In this document: piece by piece, positions 38,112-50,845 of the stretch
Position numbering within the stretch: the first letter of the stretch is position 1
How the letters are laid out: each line of letters starts with the position of its first letter
From: Azolla caroliniana
Lineage: Eukaryota; Plantae; Polypodiophyta
Assembly (NCBI GenBank): GCA_043228905.1
Contig: JBHGNT010000006.1
Coordinates: 13,268,001 to 13,332,000 of the forward strand
Direction: 5' to 3'
Length of the DNA: 64,000 nucleotides
Translations under genes and position numbers: made by a program
Notes under the pieces: generated by a model
The model's database searches: none
What the model was told of the DNA's origin: nothing
What the model saw: only the letters and a program-made list of their open reading frames with translations

Positions 38112-39414
38112 CAACGTCTGTCACAAGGACCCCCGCTCTCTAACAGCATCTGTAACCCGGAGCCCGACTCTATCAAAAGGAGCCCCGTTGTCTGATAACC
38201 TCTGTCACTAGGAGTCCGACCGACTCAAGGCAAGAGCCCAACTTAGAAACAAACATCAAAAACTCCAAAAAATGGTTAAGTGTACAACAAATATTTTCCA
38301 TGAAAATGATCATAAAATTACTCAAAAAAACCCAAGCTTCCAATTGCTCAAAACCTGAAACATAAAACTCAAATATCACACAAAGTTATATCTCCAAGCT
38401 TCGAATAACAAATCAACTTAAAGATTCAAATAACAAGTCTTACATAAAATATAAAAATGTCAAATGTTGACAATGGGAATAATCCAAGCCTTGGAACCCT
38501 AAAATGGAATATGAATATACACGTTACATATTAAGATTATGGCTCATGTCGGGATGATGGCAAGATGCAACTACAATTTTTACAACATGTAACAATCAAG
38601 TCCCTTGAAGTCAAGGTCAAGCCATCACAACGCAAACACCGAACCTTCTCATGGTCACATCTTGGCAATCGCCTTCTAGCCCGACTTGCACCTCTTTGTA
38701 GTTTTCCGGTGTGGGATTTGGAAGTGTTTGGGGAGTTGCCAATAAGTTCTTGCGAGATGTCTATTGTTGCGCTTCTTTTGGCACCAATTTGTTGGTTGCG
38801 ACTCATTGGTTTGCCATCTTCTCCATTGGTTGATTTTGGTGCACCAACGCGATACACCTTCTCAACCACATCTTCCAATGTTTGTATACATTCCAAAATA
38901 GTTGCACGGTCGAAGGTTCCTAACCCTTGCTTGAGACATTGAAGTGCTTCCTTGACTGTTTGTATTTTGGACTTCAATGATTCAATCTCGGATGTTGTGG
39001 GGTTTGTCTCCCCGGCTTGTTTGACCTCTACCTCCACTTCTATTTTTGTATTATGGTCCATTCGCATTTGGGTCGTGTGATCTATAAAAGGCATATGGCA
39101 TATGCCTCTCAATAATCATTCGGATACCGAGTAAATGCTTACATTTACTTGCAAGGTCTTGGCAATCACAATATGAGCATTGGAGTGACACATTATACCA
39201 TAGAGTGGGAGTCGTCATGCTCAAGATTGTAAACCAATATCGGGCCTCGTTCACAATTTGCATTATGGAAGTATCATCGACATACCTTTCCAATATTCTC
39301 TTTGCCTCTTTAAGTCGGAACCTTTGATCCCTACAATTTGCACGGGGTGCAAACCGACCACTCTCACAGATTTCTTGTCGTTGCTTGTACCACTCTATGA
39401 CCATTCCTCTGATC
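38112..39414 (-). mobile_element. MULE/Mutator-like transposon 3' portion (SWIM-domain transposase fragment plus putative terminal repeat region)
   Basis: ORF 39051-39404 SWIM motif CDCQD...CKH; frameshifted continuation 38537-39112 with coiled coil and CxxC...CxxC; repeated TCTRTMAMNNGGASYCC motifs at 38117-38218; interrupted by copia F. Confidence 0.65.
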
Positions 39415-39726
39415 TATTAGGATCTCGGTCCCTCCGAATGGGATACAAAGGCCCGGCATCGGAAGACCCAGTGAGAACCGGATGACGAGTACCCGGCATC
39501 GGAAGATCCGGTGAGAACCAGATGACGAGTACCCGACAAGGAAGACCCGGTGAGAACCTCTCACCGGATGAAGGGACATATATGTAGATATGTTTCTGAG
39601 AGCCCATTGGGGCTATATCTGTAAATAGTCCTAATGTCATATTAGTATAAATGTGACCTAGGGCAAACAGTGATGATGATCATAGTTGTTGTTTTTTTGT
39701 ATAGTGTAATTGGTGTAACGACTGCA

Positions 39727-39768
<42 letters not shown>

Positions 39769-39968
39769 TACAGAGCATGTCTCTGTTGTAACCACCGCCA
39801 GGCGAAGATTGTGAGCAAGAGGTCGTTGCCTCCGTGCTCCCTGTTGTACTCCTTGACATAGTGATAGTTTGGAGTCGGTGGACTCCCGTGGTTTTTCCCT
39901 CTCAGGGTTTTCCACGCTAACATCCTGTGTATTCTCTTTCTGTTTGTGTACTTATCTCCATTCCCATT

Positions 39969-42900
39969 TGTAGAAAGTAGCGTGCGGAAGCAGGTATGAA
40001 GACAGAACAGAGGAAGGAAACTCAGGTTCAATGGAGAGCTTGGGCTTACACAGTATATGGGGGAGAGACAGAGAGAGTAGACACAAAAAACTATATTCAA
40101 TAATAATACTCAAGTCTGTACATAAGACGTGCTCAGTGAACACTTTTATACAAGTCCTGGAAGGACTGACCGAAGTACTGACAGTACTTCAATGCTCATT
40201 AAGAGCTCCTACACTAACTCCCAAATATATTCCTCACGGAATATCTTTCCTAACGACCTCCCGGTTTATGTACTCGGCCTAACCGATCGGTCCCAACCGA
40301 TCCGGTCCTCGGCTTCTTCAGCCGATCCGACCGATATTGACCTTGTCTCTCAACACTCCCCCTCAAGCTCAACTTGAGGCTCTTCGGGATCTTCACAGCA
40401 CTGGTTCCTCCTGGCTTCTCGCCTCGCTCGAGCTCCTCGACCTGTTCGACTCCGCGCGCTTCGACCCTTCCGGTCGGCTTGTCTGCTCATGTGGCCCTTA
40501 TCAGCTCTTCTGCTGTTGCGGTGTCGACGCTTCTCCTGCTGCCTTTTCTTCCGCTTGGGCCTTGGTTGATTCAGCGTATTTGAATCAAACATCCGAACCG
40601 ACTCGGCTACCTCTGATCGGTTTTCGCTCTCATCCGAGTTGGCTGCCTCCAACTCGTCTTCGGTCTTCTCGCCCTCGATGGCGTCATCTCCCTTATACGT
40701 GGTTGGCTTCGGCTCTCTCCTTCGGCTGCTCCCCTTCTGTCCGCTTCCGAACTTCTCCGCGGGTCCGTCCTCGGCTTCTTCAGCCGATCCGAAGTCGAAC
40801 TTGTCAACCGACTCGGTGTCGCGATCTCCGCTCCTTTCCTGCTGCTTTGCTTGGTCGTTCGGGACTGTTCTCCCCCTCAAGTTCGGCACGTCAAGGTGAC
40901 GCAATCCGAGCGCACCTGAGAATTGCCGCAACTTGTCCAGACCAAGAGGCTTGGTGAAGATGTCGGCAGCCTGCCGATCCGTCGGAACGTACTGAAGTTC
41001 GACTTCACCAAGAAAGGACATGCTCACGAACGAAATGGTAGTGCACCTCAATGTGCTTGGTCCGTGCGTGGAAGACGGGGTTCTTCGCGAGTTGGATGCT
41101 GTTGAGGTTGTCGCAGTAGATTGTCGTTGGATCGGACACCTCCTCTTGCAGGTCCTTAAGTAGTCGCTTCAACCATATGGCTTCGCATGTCGCGACATCC
41201 GCTCCTCGATACTCCGCTTCAGTGCTCGACAGTGCAACTGTCGGCTGCTTCTTACTGCTCCACGCGATCGCGGCACTCTCGAGGGAGAACGCGTATCCAG
41301 ACGTGGATCGGCGATCGGCGGCGTTGCCAGCCCAATCAGCATTAGTGTAGCCGACTAACTGCACGGCTGCACCGGTCCGATATAGCAGTCCTCGGTCCTT
41401 AGTGCCACTTACGTACCGCAGTACGCGTTGCGCACACTGAAGGTGCTCCTCGGTAGGTCGCGCCATGAACTGACTGATCACCCCGACCGGATAACTGAGG
41501 TCGGGTCGGGTGATGGTCAAGTATATGAGGCTTCCGACAATTTGTCGGAACCTCGTCGGGTCGCATACCTTTCCCGTATCGGGACGAAGCTTCACGGTTC
41601 TATCCAGAGGAGTCGAGACGGACTTACAGTCGGCCATCCCAAATTTGAAGAGCATACTCAGCACGTAGTGACATTGGCTGATCAATTTGCCTTCGGGGGT
41701 ACGGATCACTTCGATCCCGAGGAAGTAATGAAGGTCCTCCAGATCCTTCATGTCGAACAATGCCGCAAGTTGGAGCTTCACGCGGTCGATTTCACCTAGG
41801 TCGGCGCCGGTGATGACCAAGTCATCAACATATAGTAAAATACTAACCGGTCCGAGTCGACCTTTCTGGATGAACAGGGAAGAGTCCGATTTTGACGTGA
41901 CGAATCCCATCCAACGCAGTTGTTGCGTGATCTTCGCGTTCCAGGCACGTGGGGCTTGCTTCAGTCCGTAAAGGGACTTCTTCAGTCGGCATACTGCCGA
42001 GGAGTTCGTTCCGGAGTGAAATCCGGGGGGCTGTACCATGTACACTTGTTCCTCAAGGTCACCTTGTAGGAACGTATTCTTTACATCCATTTGATGTAAG
42101 TGCCACCCCTTGGCCGCGGCTACTGCGAGCAAAACACGGACGATCGTCATTTTTGCGACCGACGCAAATGTCTCATCGTAGTCGATGCCGTGCTTCTACG
42201 CGTAGCCCTTTGCCACTAGTCGAGCCTTGTACCGGTTGACCGAGCCATCGGTGTTGTACTTGACTTTGTACACCCACCTACACCCGATCGGCTTCACACC
42301 CTTCGGTGCGTCAACCAGGTTCCAGGTCTCGTTCTCCGCCAATGCGTGCATCTCTTCCTCCATTGCGGCACGCCAATTCGCGTCTTTAGCCGCTTCTGCG
42401 TAGCTCTCCGGCTCACACACTTCCGCTACACGGGTCATGTATGCATAATGATGCGCCATGTACTCGTTGTATCCGAACCGCACAACTGGGTTCTTTTGGC
42501 GGGTAGATCGGCGTAATCTCACATTAGCCGATGTCGAGGCCTTCTCGGTCGACGCGGTCTTCACCTTTATAGACCCGTCACCGGTTCCCTCGGAGTCGGA
42601 CTTGTGTCGGTCTGACTCGTTCCTTTCCGTGCTGGAATCCAACACCTTCTTCTTCCCTTTCTCTTTGCGCGTAAGCCGTCTCCTCGGCTTCTTGCACGGG
42701 GAATGCACGACCGAGTCTCTACTACTCGCCGACTCTTCATCAAACTGGTCGTACCGACTCAGTCCTCCAATCGGTCCACTTAACCGGAGTGAAATCAGAC
42801 TCTCTTCGCGGGTCTCGATTTCGGGCTCATCCGGAGGCATCTCGGCGTCGCTGACCTCATCGTTAGAGATCGGATTGGAGTCGGGGTTCCGAGTCGGGGG

Positions 42901-45627
42901 CAGGTACCAAGACACGGACTCGTCAAACACAACGTCGCGGCTGACACGCGCTTGTTTGGTGCGAGGGTTATAGCATTTATAACCCTTCTGCTCGTCTGAG
43001 TAACCAACCAAGATGCACTTCTCGGCCTTTGCGTCCAGCTTCCTCCTTTTCTCCTTCGGTACATGCACATACGCAATGCTACCGAACACCCTCAAGTGTC
43101 GCAAGTTCGGCTTCGTTCCGAAATATAGCTCGTGTGCCAACACTTTGTCTCCGATCCGGTTCTGGATGTATATTGCGGTCCTTACCGCCTCGGCCCAGTA
43201 GAACTTGGGCAAGCTCTTCTCCTCCAGCATTGCCCGTGCCGCTTCCACAATCGACCGATTCTTCCTCTCGGCCACGCCGTTCTGCTCTGGCGTGTATCTA
43301 CAACTGAATTCGCGCCGAATTCCCATTTGTTGTAGATAACCGTTGAATTGACCAGAAAAGTACTGTTTCCTGCCATCCGACCGTAGGCACTTGATCTTTC
43401 GTCCCGTTTCGGCTTCCACAAACCCTTTGAGGTCCCGGAAACAGTCGAAGACTTCGCTCTTCCTCTCAATGAGGTAGATCCACGTGTGCCGCGTGTGGTC
43501 GTCGATGAAGGAGACAAAATATCGGCTCCCGCCAAGACTAACGTTTTGTGCCGGCCCCCACACATCCGAGTGTATAAGGTCGAGCTTGTTCCGGCTCCGG
43601 TTTCGCTCGTTGGGGAAGGGAAGTCGTTGTTGCTTCCCGAGCTGGCAGGCTTCACAAATTTGTGCCTTTCGGCCACTAAACTTGGGCAATCCGAACACTA
43701 CATGTTTCGTTTGCAGATCTTGAAGCCGCTGGTAGTTGACGTGGCCTATCCGCTTGTGCCACAAGTCGATGTCCGACTCGGTCTTTTGTCCCTTCGCGAA
43801 CATTGCGGTGCCGCCGTCAGTGGAGTCGAGGATGAACATCCTCCCGTCTCTGCGCCCTTGCGCAATCACACGGCCTTCTTCCTCAATGAAGCACCCGAGG
43901 TGTGTAAACCGAACCTCCATCCCTTGGTCGACGATCTGTCCGACCGAGACCAAGTTCTTCGTGATTGTCGGAACGTGAAACACGTTCTTGAGTTTCCCTT
44001 TCTGCCCGACATGGCTAAGGGGAACTTCTCCGACATTCGCGATCGGATGCGGAGTGTCGTCTCCTATTGCGACTACACCCGGTTGTATCGGTTTTTCAAG
44101 GTACGAGAACCACTCCTTATGGCTCGTCATGTGGTTTGACGCGCCGGAGTCTACGTACCACACCTCGTCCGATCTCGAGGTGCTCTGTTTCATTGAGTTT
44201 GCTTTGTGTCTCGTCACGAAGACAGACCCTTCTCCAGCTCTCCCGGAGTCTTCGGCGTAGTGCGATCGCTGCCGATTTCCCTTGTTGGTATGTCCAGAGC
44301 TGTTTCCGGAACCGGTTCTCTCCAAATCGGCGCGCTTCTTCCAGCACTCGCTTTCCCTGTGGCCTTTCTTGCCACAGTACCAGCACTCCGCGATGACCTT
44401 CCCTTGCCGGTTCTCATCGCTTCGACTCCCCCTGTTTCCGGAGGGTCCGGAGTTGCTGTCGGCATCACTTCGGTGCCATCTTCCTTGATCTCGTCGGCCG
44501 CTTCCATTGCGTACCGACTCGCCTTGTCCGCCATGACCACGGGGCCTTTCTCCCTCCGTGTACAACATCTTGCTATCGGTGTGCGTGCTCGTCGACGCAC
44601 CCGCGTGGTTCTCCTCTACCAGGAGCATCGACTGTAAGTCGAAAAAGGACGACGTATTCTCCCGGGTACACACAGCCGTTCGGAACGCTCCGAACTTCGA
44701 CGCCAAACCTCCGAGACAGATCTGGACCATCTCGCTCTCCTCGATGTTCACCTCTATGGAGGCGAGGGAGTCGCAGATATCCTTGATCTTCGAGGTATAG
44801 TCCGCCACCGACAAGTCGCGTTGTCGTAGGTTGCTCAACTCCTGTCGGAGCTGAAGCTTCCTAGCTGTGGTGCTCGCGGTGAAAATCTTCTTCAGATTTT
44901 CCCACGCACCCTTCAGCGTCTTTGCATCCCGAACATAGCTCAATAGTTGTTCGCCCACACACGACGCGAAGCAGTATAGTACCCTACTCGCTGATTGCTC
45001 CCACGACGGGAAGTCTCTGTGTGTCGATTCGGGTGCCGCGTCATTAGCTCCTTCAACATAACTCCAGTAGCCATGCCCGAGCAGGTACTGGTGCATCTTG
45101 TAGGACCAAGATGCGTTGGTTCTGTCGAGCTTCTCTGTTGGAAGCGAGCTCGCCATGCCTCTATCCATCGTTCTTCTTGTTCTTCTTTGTCAAGCTGTGT
45201 CGGCTGCAGAGAGGTTCTCAACCCTCGCGCTTTGATACCATGTAGAAAGTAGCGTGCGGAAGCAAGTATGAAGACAGAACAGAGGAAGGAAACTCAGGTT
45301 CAATGGAGAGCTTGGGCTTACACGGTATACGCGGGAGAGACAGAGAGAGTAGACACAAAAAACTATATTCAATAATAATACTCAAGTCTGTACATAAGAC
45401 GTGCTCGGTGAACACTTTTATACAAGTCCTGGAAGGACTGACCGAAGTACTGACAGTACTTCAATGCTCATTAAGAGCTCATACACTAACTCCCAAATAT
45501 ATTCCTCATGGAATATCTTTCCTAACGACCTCCCGGTTTATGTACTCGGCCTAACCGATCAGTCCCAACCGATCCGGTCCTCGGCTTCTTCAGCCGATCC
45601 GGCCGATGTTGAGCTTGTCTCTCAACA
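39969..45627 (-). mobile_element. Full-length, near-intact Ty1/copia element A2
   Basis: 387-bp LTRs 39969-40355 and 45241-45627 (~11 mismatches by eye); TSD CCATT; PBS ending at 45240; PPT GAGGGGGAG 40356-40364. Confidence 0.98.
40350..45168 (-). pseudogene. copia A2 gag-pol (one stop at 42196, one frameshift ~41010) with C-terminal extension
   Basis: ORFs 42196-45168 (990 aa gag-PR-INT-RT start), 41005-42150 (LYVDD RT, RH), 40350-41051 (RH end plus charged tail). Confidence 0.95.
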
Positions 45628-47651
45628 CCATTTCCTCTGTGTTTGATTGTCATCAAGTGATCTACGCTTCGGTTGTGGCTGGAGATTATTCCGCATATTT
45701 CTCGTCAAATTGGTATCAGAGCGAAATGACACAGAAAAATGGACGATTCGTTGGGAGGCATGTTCAAGCTCACCGGCTCCAACTACTCAGTGTGGAAGTC
45801 GAAGATGAGGGGCATGCTCGTGGTTAAAGATCTTTGGTTGCAAGTTCAGTTCGGGGACAAGAGACTGAACAAAATCGATGCCGCGATATGGGAGGTGATG
45901 CACATGAAGACAACGACGTACATACAGTGCTTCATTGACATGAGTCTATACAACAACTTCAATGGAGAGAGCAAGGCTCGTGAACTCTGGGAGAAGATCA
46001 GCATTATGTTTCAGAACAAAAATGTTGTTAATCAGGTTTCGGTATTTCGGAAGCTAGTAAGACTCCGGTACCAAGATGGCTCCAGCATGGCGGAGCATAT
46101 GAATGCCTTCCAGGGGCTGATCCACCAGGCAACATCATTGGAAGTACCTCTCGCCGATGAGGTACTAACACTACTCCTGCTCGGTTCCCTCCCAGATAGC
46201 TGGGAGACGTTGGTTGTCACTTTGGGCAACGCCGGGCCGGAAGGGAAACGGTTATCCCTAGCAAGAGAGCTTGCTAGATGAGGAGGCGCGTCGGAAAGAC
46301 AAGGATACGAGCTCCGACTCCAAAGCACTCCTTACCGAATCGAAATGCAGAAGACAAAGGAACTGTAGTCCCCAGAACCGGGAAAAGTCGGGGACACGAT
46401 CAGAGTCAAGGGGGAGGCCTACTTGCTTCTATTGCGGCAAGTCGAGACACGTCTAGAAGAACTGTCGGCACTTCCGAAAAGACAAGGAAACCGACAGTAC
46501 CGATTCGAAGCGGACACCGGACCGGAAGGGAATGACGACAATCGCGGCAAGTGAAGAAGAGTTGATGCTCATCACCGAGGAGAGTGATTTGAACCTTGCC
46601 GGCGACGAGACAACGTGGGTTGTCGATTTCGGAGCGTCGTTCCACCTTACCCCGAACCGGAAATGCTTCTCATCCTACACAGCTGGTGATCACGACTGTG
46701 TCCGTATGGGGAATGAAGGTACATGCCGAATTGTCGGTATAGGAGACGTATGGTTGACAACACCAACCGGATGCAAGCTACTACTGAAGGATGTCCGACA
46801 CGTTCCGGAGGTTCGACTGAACTTGATATCAGCCGGTCGGCTAGATGATGAAGGCTACACAGGTAGCATCCGGAACGGAGTCATGAAATTCAGCAAAGGG
46901 AGCCTGATTGTGGCTCGGGCCCGGAAGGTCAACACGATGTACCTGATGAATGCCCGGTTATGCCCGGAAGAAGTGAACGTGGCTTCCGACACTGTCGGTG
47001 AGCTGTGGCACAAGAGACTGTGTCACATGAGTGTGAAGGGGATGAAGAGGCTTGTCGATGACAACCTCATTCTGTTACCCGGCCGACAAAGGAGTTAAAG
47101 ACCAGAATGTGAAAGGGATTGTATATTCGGAATCTATTATAATTAAGTAGTTTATGAGACGTGAACTGTTAATCCTTAGGGCCGGACAACAGCCTAACAC
47201 AGGGTGTCCACTTAAGACACTTCACCAAAGGGTGTTATGGCGATGATAACTTATGACACAACGCTTAATTGGACCTTAATCGGTTACTTAGCAAATTAAC
47301 ACGCGTAAGATATACAATAAGCACAGAACGGTGAACAATACTCAATGATTAAACAAAAGGTTTATATTACTCTCCGTTAATGACTACATTATAACCGACC
47401 TTTATATAGGTCACCGGTGTGAAGTACAAAACAGTGCCACCTTTTCGGGATCGGTCCAGATCCGGATCGGCATACCGATTCCGGTCCGTCCGTCCACATC
47501 TGCTCATATATTAATCTATATATTAAGACTAGTAATTTCAACAGATTCCTAAATAACCATTCCCCTTTTCACACCTTGGTCTTTGTCGGCCGGGTAACAC
47601 ATGGCATGCCCGTGGGACAGTACCTTGTACGTCGAATCCCACACCGGCCCC

Positions 47652-50574
47652 TTACTCTTCGTTCAAGATATCCAGGATGCTTTGCTCTAGGGTCTCCAGT
47701 GGTTCTACGAGAATCTGTTGTGGCTACTGTTGCTGCTGATGCGGCTGCTCTGATTGTGGTTGGGGTTGCTTCTCCGTTTGTGGCTCTGACTCTGGCTGCG
47801 GCTCCGATGGTTGCTCTAGCACCGGCGTTTCCTTCGTTGTTTCCTCCGTTGGAGTTGTCTCTGGTTGACTTACCCCGGCCTGGTCTGGTCCTTGTACCGG
47901 CGACGGTTCCTCATCACTAAGGTTGACTGTTGCCGCCTGCCTTGCTTTTTCTTCCCTAAGCCGGGACCGCTCATAGCTCTCAAACTGGATTTGAGCATCC
48001 ATCCGATCGTCGTCCAGTTGAGCTATGAGTTGCCGGACCTGCACCAATTGCTTATCCGCTAGAGCTGTGAAATCTTCTGCCAACTCATCCTTTATGGCGG
48101 TGAAGTCCTCCGATGTGAGCATGTAACAGTCGTCACCTTCCTTCCGCCGGTTTTCGGCGTTCGCCCTGAGCAACTGGAGTTCAACTGTATTTTGCGCCCA
48201 TTTCGTCCACCATCGCACAGAGCTCTCGTCAATCAAGCGTTTGGTCTTGTTTAGCCATGACCGGAGGATGCACTGGATCCGTTCCATTCCCATCTGTGAT
48301 TTGTTCTCCGCGGCTTGTCGCTCCTCTTTCAATTGCTTGATGATTCTGACCGTGTCCGCCTCCTGCTCCCTATAATGCGACAATTGACTCTGATAGGTTG
48401 TTTGCAACCTCTATAACACCATTGTCGCCCTTTCCTTTTCTTCATTGTGCTGCTTGTGGAGCTCCATCCGGTCCCTCGCCGCTTCCTCCAATAGCTTTGT
48501 ATTCTCAGCCCGTTCGTCGGCGAGTGCCGTTGTGGCCCCATCAACTTCCTACCGGAGCTCGGCCATCCTTTCCTGTTGTGCCGTTGATTTGCCGGCGAGC
48601 GCGGTCTTCCCGGTCCTTTTGTTGACAGAATTCTTCTTTGAGCCTTTCGATTTCCGTTTCCGCCATCCGTCGCAGCTTGTCCTTCTCCTGCAACAATTTT
48701 TCTTTTTCCTCCTTTAGCCGGTCGTAAGCTTGATGCTCTTTCCGTAGATTTTCTTCTTCCCGGCGGAGGTTTTCAGCAGTCTTCCTTAACTCCTCTTCTG
48801 CCGCTTTCTTCAAATCTCATTCGCGGCTCCATAGTGCTTCTTGTGCGGCAAGTTTGTCCCTTAATTCGGCAAGCTCTTGGGCTTGCGCTGCATCTTTCTC
48901 TGGGGTCTTATTCGTATGTACAGGCGTGGTTGTTTCTTTATTCTGTACATCCACCAGAGTCACCGATGCTTCGATCTGTGTTGCGGTTAAGGCCATTTTG
49001 GCCATGTCTTCTATGATCCAATCCAAGTCTTGTTCAAGGCACCGAATCCTTGACCGGGCCGTCTCTAGTTCATCGGTTGTGACTAGCAATCGTTCCATCT
49101 GCGCTCGTTCTTCAGCCTCTACATACAATATCACTCTGGTTCCATTGGCTACCGGTACCCTGTTGTTGCGTCTGCACGGAGGGTTGGCTGATGGGTTCAC
49201 TTGCCAATGGCCGGTCCCGCCTAATTGCGTCGAGCTGCACTTCCTGCTCTGCCTGCTGACCACTTTGCCGTTTGGGTTCCAGTTGTGTTTCGGCTTGTTC
49301 TTGGCCGGCTGAGGAAGGTGGCACATGCCTTACCGGCGCTTGCGTTTCGGGGCTTGCCGGTATTGCTTGTTGTGCAAGGGTTTCTAAGACCGGTTCCTCT
49401 CCTGGCATGGGATTCTCAGTGTGGGGTAAAGGCGTTCCATCCTTCTGTGGGTCTGAACGCTTCCCGGCTGATTCTGCGGTGCTCGTCTTCGGCCGCCGCT
49501 GGAGGTGCTCCGTAGGTTCTTCCTCCGTTTCCTCCTCCTGAGTCCCGACATTCATTCTTGCCGCCAGGGTGTCCGTTTCTTGCTGCACCGATCGGCGGAG
49601 TGTGTTCTTCAGGGGTCATGCCGGTGTCTCCTCCTGCTTGTTCGTCGGCTGCTTCCGGATGGCGCGCTCCTTCGCCGCTTGCTCTGTGTCGGCTGTCTTC
49701 CCCTTAGTGGTCTTGGTGGCCAATAGCTGCTGTCGTTTTGAAGCAGCTTTCGGGGTGCCGTCCGTTACTCTTCCCCGCTTCTTTGTCTTGACGGGCTCGA
49801 CAGGTGGCGCCAATAGGGTGAGCCATTGCGCCATCGCATGCCATATTTTCCGGCCTTCTTTGGCTTCCTTACCTCTTACAGTGTCAATAGCCGCACACAA
49901 TCCGTCGGCGATCAACACCGACCAATCCACCTTGACCCCTTCGTATGTTGCGATGATCAAGCCTGCTCGGTTTTGAGGCATAACAGGGGGTCGAGGGTAT
50001 ACGTGGCCGAACTCATGGAGTACACGAGCAATTTCTCGGAATAACATATCTTCTCCGCCTTGTGTCCTGTAGCCCTTGCTGGCCAGAGAATATTCGCCGA
50101 AGTATTTGATGAGCCGTTCAGAGGTAGGGTTGTTAATAGTATAGATGCCCCCCTCCGGAAGGCATGTTAGTGCACGGATCGCTTCCTCCGTGATCAGTCA
50201 ATTTCTTTGATGATGTTGTCGGCTTCTTTGTGTGGTGGTGCGTCCATGATTGTGAGGAACCCCTCCAATCCATGTTGTCGTAGCCATTTCTTGGCGGCCT
50301 CCGAGAGAGTCTGGCAGTCCATGTCTTCTGCGTCGAGGTCGGACAACGTCGGTGAGGGCTGTGTATGAGGAAGCTCTGTGTGTGTTGGCTCTCTTCTGAT
50401 GATCTTCAAGCACCTGTGTGCGTCTGTGCTCCTTGGTTCGCGAAAGAAGAAGGTCTCGATGCGGGGGGTGTTTTCTCTCTGCATCTTGGCGCCTTTTTCG
50501 AGCCTACGCATGTGCAGGTCGTGTACTATAATAACATTACGTGCCATGTGGTGGTGTTTTAATGCCCAATTCAT
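47652..50574 (-). pseudogene. gypsy G extra 3' ORF (PMD-like N-domain, disordered linker, coiled coil), frameshifted
   Basis: ORFs 50194-50574, 49616-50047, 49112-49588, 48817-49326, 48541-48813, 47724-48407; coiled-coil part homologous to H 59520-61332. Confidence 0.75.
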
Positions 50575-50845
50575 AGCCTCCTCGTACCTTTTCGAAGTGC
50601 CTCTTTACTCCTCGTTTGCATGGCCGTTCCCACCACTCCTTTGCATGATTTCTTTGATTCGATTCGATTTTTAAATTTTTTTTGTTTTTGCTTATCAATT
50701 GTTAGGTTAATTCGTCTCCAGTCCTAACGGACCCTTACCTGAATGAGGAACGGTTTTCCGTCCTCTTATCCAACCCGTGTGCTGGCTCTTTGTCCCCCTT
50801 ACCGGTTTCGTTGTTGCCGATTGCTAATCGGGTTGCCGTTGTTTC

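Larger units (their letters stand above)
39415..47072 (+). mobile_element. Ty1/copia element F, 5' part (LTR split by A2; interrupted at 47072 by gypsy I)
   Basis: 5' LTR 39415-39968 + 45633-45707; PBS TGGTATCAGAGC 45711-45722; gag 45739-46500; PR WVVDFGASFH; GAG-pre-integrase LWHKRLCH to 47072; 40-bp tandem repeat 39452-39558 in the LTR. Confidence 0.9.

Noticed and set aside
47073-47599. Apparent 527-bp element with a perfect 19-bp TIR (TGTTACCCGGCCGACAAAG)
   Set aside because: It is the start of I's LTR facing G's 3' LTR. The TGAAC TSD and alignment with 62284-62716 put G's boundary at 47167.
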